Under the pieces are notes generated by a model, which saw nothing but the letters and a program-made list of their open reading frames with translations, did not search any database and was not told the DNA's origin. The position numbers and the translations under genes were made by a program. Shown here piece after piece: positions 1 to 34,213 of a DNA stretch of 64,000 bases. Origin of the DNA: an uncultured Gemmatimonadales bacterium (lineage in GTDB: Bacteria; Gemmatimonadota; Gemmatimonadetes; Longimicrobiales; Longimicrobiaceae); the NCBI GenBank assembly GCA_963716255.1, contig OY970303.1, positions 7,136,001-7,200,000 of the forward strand, written 5' to 3'. Within the stretch, counting starts at the first letter, position 1; each line of letters begins with the position of its first letter.

Positions 1-1
1 A

Positions 2-24541
<24,540 letters not shown>

Positions 24542-24597
24542 ACGCGCGCGGCGGCGCCGGCGAACGCGTGGCGGAATGCCTGGTCGGGCAGGTGGTT

Positions 24598-24744
24598 GCG
24601 TGAGGGATGCCGGCCCGGAGGGGCGAGCCCCCGCGGGGCACCTCAGTTCAGAGGTGCCCCGCGGGGGCTCGACTCCGTTGCAAACGGCAGTATCGTTTGC
24701 TACGGAGCCGCAGCCCGGCCCCGGCGCCAGCCGGGGGCACGCCC
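24598..24744 (+). repeat. Structured ~130-nt element, copy 1 (long-arm variant)
   Basis: GCGTGAGGGAT...CGAGCCC-[CCGCGGGGCACCTC/GAGGTGCCCCGCGG]-GGGCTCG-A-CTCCGT-T-[GCAAACG GCAGTAT CGTTTGC]-T-ACGGAG...AGCCC...GGCGCCAGCC...CACGCCC. Confidence 0.92.
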
Positions 24745-26373
24745 GAACCCGCTCCCCGCGGTGACCGTCAGGCGGAGCGTGTGGTTGCGCACGTCCACGG
24801 CGTCGTCCGCGGTTTCCCAGCTGGTCCCGCGGTTCTGGAAGAGGAAGTTGTAGCGCACGCTGCGGGTCCACTCGGCCTCCAGGCGGAACGCGGGGATCTC
24901 CAGGCTGCCCCGCAGGCCCCCGAAGACCGAGACGTCGTGGGCCAGGAACGGCCAGCCCACGATCTGGGCCCGCGCCGTGGCGTAGAACGCGTCGTTGTCC
25001 CACCGGATCCGCCCCCCGAACACCCCCACGCGCCAGCGGGGATCCAGGTAGTCGGCGGCGAGCCACTGGCTGGAGCTCCCCGGCCCGATGGCCGCGCCGA
25101 TCACCTGGCCCCGCTGCGTGTATCCCTGCGGCACCCCGGGGCTGGTGTAGAAGCTGGGCTGCGGCCCGTCGGACGAGGGCTGCTCCAGGGTGGTGAGCTC
25201 GCTCTGGAGGCGGAGCAGGCCCCGCGTCCCGATCCCCCGCACTCCCTGCACGCCGACGGTGTAGCCGCCGGCGGACTCCCGCTCTGGGAACACGCCGGCG
25301 ACGGAGGAGCCCTGGCGCGCCCACTCCCCGTACGCCTCCAGCCCCTCGCCGGGAAACACCCAGCGGCCGAACACGGACCAGATCCGGTCCTGCCGGTCCG
25401 CCGTGCTCGTGTCCCCCGGGCTCGTGCTTCCCCACCGGGACACCGCGTCGGCCAGGTGGCCGGCGGCGGCGCTCCTCGTCCGCACGGCGCCCTGCACGCT
25501 GCGGGCGACGCCGAGCGTGAGGCCGGGCTCGAAGGCCGGGCGGAGCGTCACCGCCACCGCGCTGATGGAGCGCACGTCGTTGGCGCGGACCGTGTCGAAG
25601 GACGCGGACTCCGAGAGCCACCCCCCCAGCAGCCTTCCCTCCAGCGACCCCAGCGCCGTCCGGACCGGCGCGTGCGTCCCCAGGAAGAGGTGGGGGAACC
25701 CGCCGGCGTGGTTGCTCAGCACGAGCGCGTTGCGGATGCCGGGGCCCCACCAGCCGTTCTCGGTGGATGCCCCCGCGGCCAGCGGACCCGCGCCGAGCGA
25801 CAGGGTGCTCTGTCCGGGGTGGAGAAAGGTCTCGGCCTGCGCGCCGGGACGGAGGGGGGTGTCGATGGAGTGGCTTCCCCGGTACCAGGGCGGGGTTTCC
25901 CCGGCGACGACCGCGGCCGTGACCAGGTGATCGAACGGCCGGTTGGCCTGGTGGACGAGCTGGGGAGCGAGGACGAGCGAGACGGGGCCCCACCGCGCGT
26001 GGGCGCCCATCATCACCTGCGTGCTCAGCCCCCGGCCGGCCCACAGGACGCCGTCGTTGAGGGAGAAGGGCGCGTCGGAGTTCCAGGTCAGGTCCAGCCT
26101 GGGGGCGAGGACCGCCCAGGCGGGTCCGGGCCGCCGCAGCAGCCGGGACGACGCCGACCGGATCAGGTAGCCGTCGGTGGCGGCGTCCCCCGTCAGCTGC
26201 GCAACCCGCAGGCGCTCGTCCGCCTCGTCCCCCAGCAGGGGAACGGCCTGGACGCGCGGGGCGGGGACGGAGTCCGGCGCCTGCGCGGCCGCGGGGGCCG
26301 GAAGGGGAGTGCCCAGCGCGGCCAGGAGGAGGGCGGGTGCGGCCACGCCGGTGAAAGGAACTGCGATCCGCAT
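24700..26373 (-). CDS. Capsule assembly Wzi-family outer-membrane beta-barrel protein
   Basis: Signal-peptide-like N-terminus, a WWGPG...LVLSNHAGGFPHLFLGT segment typical of the Wzi family, alternating beta-strand pattern, and a paralog at 31465. Confidence 0.75.
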   Translation of the reverse strand: MRIAVPFTGVAAPALLLAALGTPLPAPAAAQAPDSVPAPRVQAVPLLGDEADERLRVAQLTGDAATDGYLIRSASSRLLRRPGPAWAVLAPRLDLTWNSDAPFSLNDGVLWAGRGLSTQVMMGAHARWGPVSLVLAPQLVHQANRPFDHLVTAAVVAGETPPWYRGSHSIDTPLRPGAQAETFLHPGQSTLSLGAGPLAAGASTENGWWGPGIRNALVLSNHAGGFPHLFLGTHAPVRTALGSLEGRLLGGWLSESASFDTVRANDVRSISAVAVTLRPAFEPGLTLGVARSVQGAVRTRSAAAGHLADAVSRWGSTSPGDTSTADRQDRIWSVFGRWVFPGEGLEAYGEWARQGSSVAGVFPERESAGGYTVGVQGVRGIGTRGLLRLQSELTTLEQPSSDGPQPSFYTSPGVPQGYTQRGQVIGAAIGPGSSSQWLAADYLDPRWRVGVFGGRIRWDNDAFYATARAQIVGWPFLAHDVSVFGGLRGSLEIPAFRLEAEWTRSVRYNFLFQNRGTSWETADDAVDVRNHTLRLTVTAGSGFGRAPGWRRGRAAAP

Positions 26374-26506
26374 GTGCAGGGGCGGGCGTGGCGGGGGAGC
26401 GGAAGCCGGGTGCGGGACACGGAACGGATTCCATCATACCCACATCCCCCGGCGCGGGCCAGTCTCCGGCGGACCGCCGCGGCGGTCCGCCGCGCGGGGC
26501 CGGTCA

Positions 26507-26536
26507 TTGGCGTCCGGCAAGGGAGGCCACTATCTT
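26507..26536 (+). promoter_or_regulatory. Possible sigma70-type promoter for the 26637 operon
   Basis: TTGGCG-N18-TATCTT in the divergent intergenic region. Motif match only. Confidence 0.3.
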
Positions 26537-26636
26537 GGGGGGCCCCGGGGAGCATGCCGGGTCCGGCCGCCCGCGATGCGCCCACGCCCGCCGGAGTCAT
26601 GGGATCCCCTCTCGCCCCGTCGGGCCCCTCCCGCGC

Positions 26637-27386
26637 ATGTCGAACACCCTGGTCAAGCTCCTCGGCTGGAGGGCCACCATCCTGCACGGCGACCCCGCCG
26701 TCGTGGACCGCTGGAAGTGGCTCCGGCGGCACCTGGCGGGCGGTCCGCTGGACACCTTCGACGCGGGGTGCGGCTCCGGCGCCTTCACGCTGTACGCGGC
26801 GTCGGTGGGGAACCGGGCCGTGGGGATGTCGTTCGACGAGCCCAACCAGCGGAAGGCGGAGGAGCGCGGCCGCATCCTGGGGCTCCCCAACGCGCGCTTC
26901 GTGTCGGGCGACCTGCGCGAGCTCGACCGGCTCTCCGGGCCGCTGGGATCCTTCGACCAGGTGATCTGCTGCGAGACCCTCGAGCACGTCCTGGACGACG
27001 GCAAGCTTGTGGCCGACCTGGCCGCGCTCCTCCGGCCCGGCGGGCGCCTCCTCGTCACCACCCCCTACAAGCACTACCGCCCGCTCCGCGGCGACCGGGT
27101 GTCCGAGGTGGAGGACGGCGGACACGTCCGCTGGGGCTACACGCACGAGGAGCTGCGCGCCCTCCTGTCCGCGCACGGGCTGGAGGTGGTGGCGGAGGAC
27201 TTCCTCACCGGCGCGGTCACGCAGAAGCTGATGAACCTGATGCGGCGCATCGGCGAGGTGAGCGCCCTCGCCGCGTGGGGCGTCACCTTTCCCCTGCGCG
27301 TGCTCCGCGTGATCGACCCGCTGGTGACCTCCCTCACGGGGTATCCTCCCCTGAGCGTGGCCGTGGTGGGCGTGCGGCGCCGCTGA
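26637..27386 (+). CDS. Class I SAM-dependent methyltransferase
   Basis: DAGCGSG motif I, ETLEHV, LLRPGGRL. Start re-called at the ATG of MSNTLVK. Confidence 0.88.
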   Translation: MSNTLVKLLGWRATILHGDPAVVDRWKWLRRHLAGGPLDTFDAGCGSGAFTLYAASVGNRAVGMSFDEPNQRKAEERGRILGLPNARFVSGDLRELDRLSGPLGSFDQVICCETLEHVLDDGKLVADLAALLRPGGRLLVTTPYKHYRPLRGDRVSEVEDGGHVRWGYTHEELRALLSAHGLEVVAEDFLTGAVTQKLMNLMRRIGEVSALAAWGVTFPLRVLRVIDPLVTSLTGYPPLSVAVVGVRRR

Positions 27387-27412
27387 CGGTGACCGCGTCC
27401 CCCGGCGTTCGC

Positions 27413-28288
27413 ATGAAGCGGTGCCCCGGCTGCTCCACCCGGTTCCAGGGCGCGGCGTGGAGCTGCCCGGCGTGCGGCTGGACGCCGGACACGCTGGGCG
27501 GGGGGCCCGCCTTCGCGCCGGAGCTTTCCCGGGACGGCTACGAGGCCGCGTTCTTCGCGCCGCTCGCGGCGGCGGAGCCCGGCCACTTCTGGTTCGAGGT
27601 CCGCAACCGGCTGGTCACGGGCGCGCTGCGCAGGCACTTCGCCGGCGCGGAGCGCTTCCTGGAGGTGGGGTGCGGGACGGGGTTCGTGCTCGCCGGGGTG
27701 CGGCGGGCCTTTCCCGGGTGGGCGCTGACGGGGACCGACCTGTTCCCGGAAGGGCTCGAGTTCGCCCGGCGCCGCGTCCCGGAGGCCGCGCTCTTCCAGA
27801 TGGACGCCCGGCGGATGCCGTTCGAGGCGGAGTTCGACGTGGCGGGCGCCTTCGACGTGCTGGAGCACGTGGAGGAGGACGAGGCGGTGCTGGCCGAGAT
27901 GCGCCGCTCGGTCCGGCCCGGCGGGGGGATCCTCGTCACCGTCCCCCAGCACCCGCGCCTGTGGGGCCCGATGGACGACATCGCCCGCCACCGCCGCCGC
28001 TACACGCGGGCGGAGCTGGTGGGGAAGGTGGAGCGCGCGGGCTTCCGGGTGGAGCGGGTCACCTCCTTCGTGTCGCTGCTCCTGCCGCTCATGGCCGCGT
28101 CCCGCCTGCTGAGGCCGCGCCGCGGGGTGGAGGCGGACCCCATGGCGGAGCTCCGCGTCGCCCCGGCCGCGAACCGCGTCCTCGGGCTGGTGCTCGACGC
28201 GGAGCGCCGTCTCATCGAGCGGGGGGTGTCGTTCCCGGCGGGCGGCTCCCTCCTGCTGGCGGCCCGCCGCCCGCGCACCGCCCCGTAG
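27413..28288 (+). CDS. SAM-dependent methyltransferase with N-terminal CxxC-CxxC zinc ribbon
   Basis: MKRCPGC...CPACG, LEVGCGTG, FDVLEHV, HRRRY. Confidence 0.9.
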   Translation: MKRCPGCSTRFQGAAWSCPACGWTPDTLGGGPAFAPELSRDGYEAAFFAPLAAAEPGHFWFEVRNRLVTGALRRHFAGAERFLEVGCGTGFVLAGVRRAFPGWALTGTDLFPEGLEFARRRVPEAALFQMDARRMPFEAEFDVAGAFDVLEHVEEDEAVLAEMRRSVRPGGGILVTVPQHPRLWGPMDDIARHRRRYTRAELVGKVERAGFRVERVTSFVSLLLPLMAASRLLRPRRGVEADPMAELRVAPAANRVLGLVLDAERRLIERGVSFPAGGSLLLAARRPRTAP

Positions 28289-28306
28289 CCGGAGGATTCC
28301 AGGCCC

Positions 28307-29473
28307 GTGCAGATCATGCCGTACCGGTACGAGACCCTGGAGCGGGTCGTCCGCGGATACGAGGCGACCGGGGTCCCCCTGGTGGGCACGGACGGGCGCG
28401 TCTTCACCGCGGAGCCCTTCGTGGACGCGGGGATCGGGCTGTACTACTTCGTCCCCTGGATCGCCCGCACCCTGCACGTGTCCGTGGACGCGGCGCTGCG
28501 CATCTGGTCCGTGTCCGCCGTGGGGGCGGCGTGCGTCCTGGGGCTCGCGGGATCGCTCCTGCTCTTCCGCTCCGTGCACGCGCGGCTCGCGGCCGCCGTG
28601 GGGATGGGGGCTGTGCTGGCCCTGTGCCTGCGCTTCGGCGAGGGGTACCTCGCCGGCGGGGTGGCCGTGGTCGCGACGGTCCCCCTCTTCCTCCACCTGC
28701 ACCGCTCCGGCCGCCCGGCCGCGCTCCCGGCCTTCCTGTTCGCGGCCGGCGTGCTGGCGGGGGTCGCGGACGAGGTCCGCTCGCTGATCGGGACGCCCGT
28801 GCTGCTCTTCGTCCTGCTCGTCCTCGCGCTCGACGCCGCGACCCCGCGGGGCAGGCGCGTGCTGTGCGCGGGCGCGCTCCTGCTGGGGGCGGCGATCCCC
28901 CGGGTCCACGCGCACCGGCTGACCGCCGAGCGCGACGACTTCGTGCGCGCGGCCGCGGCGGGCCGGCCCCCGGCCGAGCGGGGCGACGCGATGTGGCACC
29001 CGGCCTACATCGGGCTCGGCTACCTCCCCAACCGGCACGGCATCACGTACCGCGACGAGTCGGCGATCGCCAAGGTCAGGTCGGTGGATCCGCGCGCGCC
29101 GTACCTGTCGCCGCGCTACACGTCGATCCTGCGCGGCGAGGTGTTCCGCATCGCGCGGGAGGACCCGGCCCTGGTGGCGCGGACGGTGGCGGCCAAGGGC
29201 TTCCGGATCCTCCTGTTCCTGGCGCTGTTCGCGAACGTGGGGCTCCTGGCGGCGCTCGCGGGTCCCCGCAGGTGGAGGCTGGAGCTCCCTTTCGCGGCCG
29301 CGACGGCGCTGGCCGCGCTCCCCGGCGTGGTGGGGCTCCCGGTGCTCCACTACGTGGTGGGCGCGCTCGCGTTCGCCGCCCTCTACGGCGCCGTGTCCCT
29401 GGAAGCCCGTTTCGGCTCCCCCGTTCCGGCCCTCGCGATGCCGCGGCCCGCCGCCCGCCCCCGTCCCGCATGA
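28307..29473 (+). CDS. Polytopic membrane protein, unknown function (possibly glycan polymerase or GT-C-like)
   Basis: Many hydrophobic segments and one large soluble loop (WHPAYIGLGYLPN..GITYRD). Its stop overlaps the next ATG. Confidence 0.65.
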   Translation: MQIMPYRYETLERVVRGYEATGVPLVGTDGRVFTAEPFVDAGIGLYYFVPWIARTLHVSVDAALRIWSVSAVGAACVLGLAGSLLLFRSVHARLAAAVGMGAVLALCLRFGEGYLAGGVAVVATVPLFLHLHRSGRPAALPAFLFAAGVLAGVADEVRSLIGTPVLLFVLLVLALDAATPRGRRVLCAGALLLGAAIPRVHAHRLTAERDDFVRAAAAGRPPAERGDAMWHPAYIGLGYLPNRHGITYRDESAIAKVRSVDPRAPYLSPRYTSILRGEVFRIAREDPALVARTVAAKGFRILLFLALFANVGLLAALAGPRRWRLELPFAAATALAALPGVVGLPVLHYVVGALAFAALYGAVSLEARFGSPVPALAMPRPAARPRPA

Positions 29474-30495
29474 TGCTTCCACTCACGGATGGGCGGCCGG
29501 GCCACGCCGGCGCGCCGGGCGGCGGGGCGTCGCTCAGCGTGGTGATCCCGGTGTTCAACGCATCGGCCAGCCTGGGGAGCGTCGCCGGCCGGCTGGCGCC
29601 CGTGCTCCCCGGGATCGCGGAGCGCTTCGAGGTCATCCTGGTCAACGACGGGAGCGCCGACGGGAGCTGGCGCGTGATCGAGGAGCTGGCCGCGTGCTTC
29701 CCCTGGGTCCGCGGCATCGACCTGGAGCGCAACTACGGGCAGCACGACGCGACCCTCTGCGGGATCCGGCACGCGAGGTTCGAGTACGTGGTCACCATGG
29801 ACGACGACCTGGAGCACCCGCCGGAGGGGGCCGCGAGCCTTCTCGCCCGCCTGCACGACGGGTACGACGTGGTGTACGGCACTGGCCCCGCGCCGCGCCG
29901 CGGCTGGGTGCGGGCGGTGGGGCGGTCCGTGATGAGGCCGGTGCTGCTGAGGCCGCTGGGGCGCGAGGGGGTGCTGCGCGCGACGTCGTTCCGCGCGCTG
30001 CGCACGGAGCTGCGCGCGGCGTTCCCGCAGCACGGCGAGTCCCCGGTGTGCCTGGACGTCCTCCTCGCCGGGGCGACGGACCGCTTCGCGTACGTTCCCG
30101 TGGAAACGGAGAGCCGACCCGGCGGCCGGTCCCGGTACTCGGTGCCCGGGCTGGTCGCGCGCTCCCTGGGGATCGCGCTGCGGGCGAGCACGCTGCCGCT
30201 GTGGGCGTGCGGGACCCTGGCGGCGGCGCTCGACCTGGCGTGCGCCGCGTGGCTCGCCCGCTTCCCGGACCCGGCGCGGGTCCTCCGCGCGCCCGTCGGC
30301 GGATCCGCCGCGGCGCTCCTCCTGGCGGTGAACCTGGTCTTTCTCGCCCTGTGCTCCGTCTACGCGGCCCGGCGGCGCGCCCGCGCCACGCCGGACGGCG
30401 GCTGCCGCGTGCGCCGTCAGACCGGTCCCGCGCGGGCGGCGGAGGGGCGCGGGCCGATGGCGCACGACGCCACGCGAGCCGGGGAGCCCCGGTGA
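29470..30495 (+). CDS. GT2 polyprenol-phosphate glycosyltransferase (ArnC/GtrB/DPM-like)
   Basis: SVVIPVFN, VNDGSADGS, RNYGQHDA, TMDDDLEHPP, and two C-terminal hydrophobic segments. Confidence 0.88.
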   Translation: MMLPLTDGRPGHAGAPGGGASLSVVIPVFNASASLGSVAGRLAPVLPGIAERFEVILVNDGSADGSWRVIEELAACFPWVRGIDLERNYGQHDATLCGIRHARFEYVVTMDDDLEHPPEGAASLLARLHDGYDVVYGTGPAPRRGWVRAVGRSVMRPVLLRPLGREGVLRATSFRALRTELRAAFPQHGESPVCLDVLLAGATDRFAYVPVETESRPGGRSRYSVPGLVARSLGIALRASTLPLWACGTLAAALDLACAAWLARFPDPARVLRAPVGGSAAALLLAVNLVFLALCSVYAARRRARATPDGGCRVRRQTGPARAAEGRGPMAHDATRAGEPR

Positions 30496-31463
30496 TCGGC
30501 GAGCTGCCGGCGGCCGGGGAGGCGTCCCTCGTCCTCCCCCTCGCGGAGGGATACGCGTTCAACCCGTACCGCAACTACCGCATGCTGTCGCGCCGGGCGC
30601 GGGCCGCGGTGCTGGCGGCGGAGATCGAGGCGACGCTCGGGGACGCGGACGGGATCGTGTGCGTGCACGCGGCGGGGGGCGTGCGCGCGGCCGCCGTCGC
30701 GCGGCGCCTGCCGTGGGACTCGTCCTTCTTCGGCGTCCCCATGGCCCGCATCGACTACCTGCTGGGCGCCGACCCGGCGGCGCGCCTGGCGGCGCTGCGG
30801 GCGTGCCTCGTCCGGCTGCGCGGGGAGGGCGCGCGCCACGTTTCGGCACGGGTGGACGTGGCCGACGTGGAGGCCGCGGGCATGCTGGAGGAGTGCGGCT
30901 TCCGCCTCAAGGACGCGCTGGTGACGTACGCCGCGCGCCCCGGCCAGGACGTCGCCGACCGGGTCCGCACCTTCGGCAGCGTCCGCCCCCTGCGGGACGA
31001 GGACGGTCCCGGGCTGGTGGCGATCGCCCGGGCGGCGTTCCGGAGCTTCCGCGGCCGGTTCCACGCGGACGCGAGCCTGCCCAGGGACCGGGTGGACGCG
31101 TTCTACGAGGAGTGGGCGCGGCAGTGCCTTTCCATGCAGATGGCGCAGACCGTGCTCGTGTCCGAGGCCAGCGACGGCAGCCTGCTGGGGTTCCTCGCGT
31201 TCCGCCGCCGCGAGCCGGTCTCCACCGTGTCCGGGGTCCCCGTGTTCGGCGGCGGCCTGGGGGCGTGCCGGCCGGACGCAGCGGGCGCCTACGCCGGGCT
31301 GATCCGCGCGGGGACGCTGTGGGCGCACCAGCGCGGCGGCGTGGCCGAGTGCCAGACCCAGAACCACAACTTCCCCACCATCCGCATCTACGAGGCGGTG
31401 GGCGCGCGCTACGTGCGCGCCGAGTACACCTTCCACCTGTCGCTGGACGCCGACCCCGCCTGA
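30492..31463 (+). CDS. GNAT acetyltransferase, WecD/RffC-like (NDP-amino-sugar N-acetyltransferase)
   Basis: LPWDSSFFG, GRFHAD...FYEEW, TQNHNFPTIRIYE. The GTG start overlaps the upstream TGA. Confidence 0.72.
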   Translation: MIGELPAAGEASLVLPLAEGYAFNPYRNYRMLSRRARAAVLAAEIEATLGDADGIVCVHAAGGVRAAAVARRLPWDSSFFGVPMARIDYLLGADPAARLAALRACLVRLRGEGARHVSARVDVADVEAAGMLEECGFRLKDALVTYAARPGQDVADRVRTFGSVRPLRDEDGPGLVAIARAAFRSFRGRFHADASLPRDRVDAFYEEWARQCLSMQMAQTVLVSEASDGSLLGFLAFRRREPVSTVSGVPVFGGGLGACRPDAAGAYAGLIRAGTLWAHQRGGVAECQTQNHNFPTIRIYEAVGARYVRAEYTFHLSLDADPA

Positions 31464-31464
31464 C

Positions 31465-33087
31465 ATGCTGCGCAAGCCCACTTCGCCGTTCCGCCTCGTC
31501 CTCGCGGCGGCGCTCCTCGCCGGGGCCGCGCCGTCCGCGGCGCAGGAGGCGCGGCTGCGCGGCGACCCGGCCGCCGGGAGCGAGGTGGAGGAGTACCTGC
31601 GCTTCCTGCAGACGACGGGCGAGGTGGCGCCGGGTCCCTGGTCGCTGCGCGGCTTCGGCCGCGCGGAAGCGGACCGGCTGCTCCCGCCGCCCTCCGGGCA
31701 TCCCTGGGCGGACCACCCGGCGCTCCGGCACGACTCGTCGGGCGCGGTGGTGGAGGCGCTGCCCGTGAGGACGAGGGCGTGGTACAACTCGGCCTTTCCG
31801 TTCGCGGCCAACGACGGGGCGGTGTGGGCCGGACGGGGAGCGACGGTGGCGGTGGAGGCGGGGGTGGCGGTGCGGGCGGGCCCCTTCTCGCTCGCCCTCC
31901 GGCCGGTGGCGTTCGTTGCCGAGAACCGCGACTTCGACGTGAGGGGCAACGGCAAGGACGGCGAGCGGGCCTTCGCGGACGGGCTGCGGCCCGACGTCAT
32001 CGACCTCCCGCAGCGCTTCGGGCCGGACCGCTACGCCCGCGTGGATCCGGGCGAAAGCTACCTGCGCCTGGACGCGGGCGGGATCGCCGTGGGCGTTTCC
32101 ACCGCCACGCAGGTGTGGGGGCCCGGGAGCGAGTACCCGATCCTGCTGGCGAGCGCGGGGCCGGGGTTCCCCCACGCGTTCGTGGGCACCTCGCGCCCGG
32201 TGGACCTGTGGGTGGCCCGCGTCCACGGGCGCGTGGTGTACGGCCGCCTGGAGCAGTCGGCGTACTCGCCGGTGCGGGAAGGGGCGGCGCGGCACCGCTT
32301 CATGTCGGGGGTGGTGGGCGTCCTCCAGCCGCGGGGGATGCCGGGGCTGGAGCTGGGCGGGGGGCGCTTCTTCCACACGCCGTGGCCGGAGGAAGGCCTG
32401 TCGGCGGCCAACTTCCGCACCCCGTTCCAGGGGCTGCTGAAGCGCAGCCTGGAGCTGGACCCGGAGGGGAACCCCGCGGACGACCGGAGCAACCAGCTGG
32501 CCACCTTCTTCTTCCGCTGGGCCACGGCCCGCGCGGGGGCGGAGGTGTACGGGGAATACTTTCGCGAGGACCACAACTTCGACCTGCGCGACCTGCTCCT
32601 GGAGCCGGACCACAGCGCCGCGTACATGCTGGGGATCCGGCGGGCGTGGCGCCCCTCGCCGGAGCGGATGCTGACGCTCCGGGCGGAGGCCATGAACGCC
32701 CGCCTCAGCCACCTGGCGCGGGTGCGCACGCAGTCGCCCAAGATGATCCACACCGGGACCCTCCAGGGCCACACCCAGCTCGGGCAGCCGCTCGGCGGGC
32801 GGGCCGTCTACGGCGGGGCGGGGACGATCGTCGCCCTGGACCTGTACCACCCAGGGGGGCGCTGGACCGCGTCGTGGACGCGCGAGCAGCGCGGCGCCCC
32901 GGACCAGACCAACCCGGAGGGGGACGTGTGGGTGGCGGACGCGCTGGGCGCGGAGTCGCTGTTCGTGGCGGGGCGGGTGGGAATCCGCGCCGGGGTGACG
33001 GGGGCGCTGGAGCGGAACCGCTACCTGGAAACGGGCCGCGACGAATTCAACCTCAACGCGCAGCTCGGGCTGGAGTGGACGCCCTGA
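31465..33087 (+). CDS. Second Wzi-family outer-membrane beta-barrel protein
   Basis: Signal peptide, NDGAVWAGRG shared with the 24700 paralog (NDGVLWAGRG), VWGPG...ILLASAGPGFPH, and C-terminal NLNAQLGLEW strand. Confidence 0.75.
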   Translation: MLRKPTSPFRLVLAAALLAGAAPSAAQEARLRGDPAAGSEVEEYLRFLQTTGEVAPGPWSLRGFGRAEADRLLPPPSGHPWADHPALRHDSSGAVVEALPVRTRAWYNSAFPFAANDGAVWAGRGATVAVEAGVAVRAGPFSLALRPVAFVAENRDFDVRGNGKDGERAFADGLRPDVIDLPQRFGPDRYARVDPGESYLRLDAGGIAVGVSTATQVWGPGSEYPILLASAGPGFPHAFVGTSRPVDLWVARVHGRVVYGRLEQSAYSPVREGAARHRFMSGVVGVLQPRGMPGLELGGGRFFHTPWPEEGLSAANFRTPFQGLLKRSLELDPEGNPADDRSNQLATFFFRWATARAGAEVYGEYFREDHNFDLRDLLLEPDHSAAYMLGIRRAWRPSPERMLTLRAEAMNARLSHLARVRTQSPKMIHTGTLQGHTQLGQPLGGRAVYGGAGTIVALDLYHPGGRWTASWTREQRGAPDQTNPEGDVWVADALGAESLFVAGRVGIRAGVTGALERNRYLETGRDEFNLNAQLGLEWTP

Positions 33088-33109
33088 GGCCGCCGGGGCG
33101 CCGCCGCTG

Positions 33110-34189
33110 ATGGCGCGCCGGATCCTGTACGCGGTGGGCGCGCGGCCCAACTTCGTCAAGGCGGCGCCGCTGCTGGAAGCGTCGCGGGCCTACCCGGAGG
33201 TGGAGACGCTCCTGGTGCACACCGGCCAGCACTACGACGACGCCCTGAGCGGCGCGCTCTTCCGCGACCTGGAGCTGCGCGCCCCCGACGTGAACCTGGG
33301 GGTGGGCTCCGCGTCGCACGCGGCGCAGACGGCGGCGGTGATGTGCGCCTTCGAGCCCGTGGTGCTGGGCTGGCGGCCGGACGTGGTGGTGGTGGTGGGC
33401 GACGTGAACTCCACGCTGGCGTGCGCGCTGGTCGCCGCCAAGCTGGGGGTGGCGGTGGCGCACGTGGAGGCGGGGCTGCGGTGCTGGGACCGCTCCATGC
33501 CGGAGGAGATCAACCGCGTCCTGGTGGACCACCTCGCGGACTTCCTCTTCACCCCGGGCGCCGACGCGGACGACAACCTGCTGCGCGAGGGGATCGCCGC
33601 GGAGCGGATCCACCGCGTGGGCAACGTGATGGTAGACTCGCTCCGCCGGCAGCTCCCCCGCGCCCGCGGGCGGTGCCCCCTCCCCGGCCCGCCGCTCCCC
33701 GACGGCGCCTACGCGGTGGCGACCGTCCATCGCCCGTCCAACGTGGACGACCCCGGCCAGCTGGGTGCGATCTTCGCGGCGCTGACGGCGCTGGCGGAGG
33801 AGATGCCCGTGGTGTTCCCCATGCACCCCCGCACCCGCGGCCGCGCCGAGCGCTTCGGGCTCCTCCCGGGGCTGGGCGCGGTGCGGGTGGTGGAGCCCCT
33901 GGGGTACCACGCGATGCTCGCGCTGATGGAGCGTGCCCGGCTGGTGGTCACCGACTCGGGCGGGATGCAGGAGGAGACCACCGTGCTGGGCGTCCCCTGC
34001 GTCACCCTGCGCGCGACCACGGAGCGCCCCGTCACCGTCCGCGAAGGCACCAGCATCCTCGTCCCCGTCCGCACGCGCGACCACATCCTGCGCGCCGCGG
34101 CGGAAGCGCCGGGCCGCACGGGCCGCGTGCCCGACCTGTGGGACGGCCACGCTGCGGAGCGTGTCCTGGAGGTGCTCGCCCGCGCCTGA
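33110..34189 (+). CDS. wecB: UDP-N-acetylglucosamine 2-epimerase (non-hydrolysing)
   Basis: GARPNFVK, HTGQHYD, HVEAGLR, PEEINR, DSGGMQEE, TERP. Confidence 0.93.
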   Translation: MARRILYAVGARPNFVKAAPLLEASRAYPEVETLLVHTGQHYDDALSGALFRDLELRAPDVNLGVGSASHAAQTAAVMCAFEPVVLGWRPDVVVVVGDVNSTLACALVAAKLGVAVAHVEAGLRCWDRSMPEEINRVLVDHLADFLFTPGADADDNLLREGIAAERIHRVGNVMVDSLRRQLPRARGRCPLPGPPLPDGAYAVATVHRPSNVDDPGQLGAIFAALTALAEEMPVVFPMHPRTRGRAERFGLLPGLGAVRVVEPLGYHAMLALMERARLVVTDSGGMQEETTVLGVPCVTLRATTERPVTVREGTSILVPVRTRDHILRAAAEAPGRTGRVPDLWDGHAAERVLEVLARA

Positions 34190-34213
34190 GCGCGGGCAAT
34201 GGGGAGAACGACG

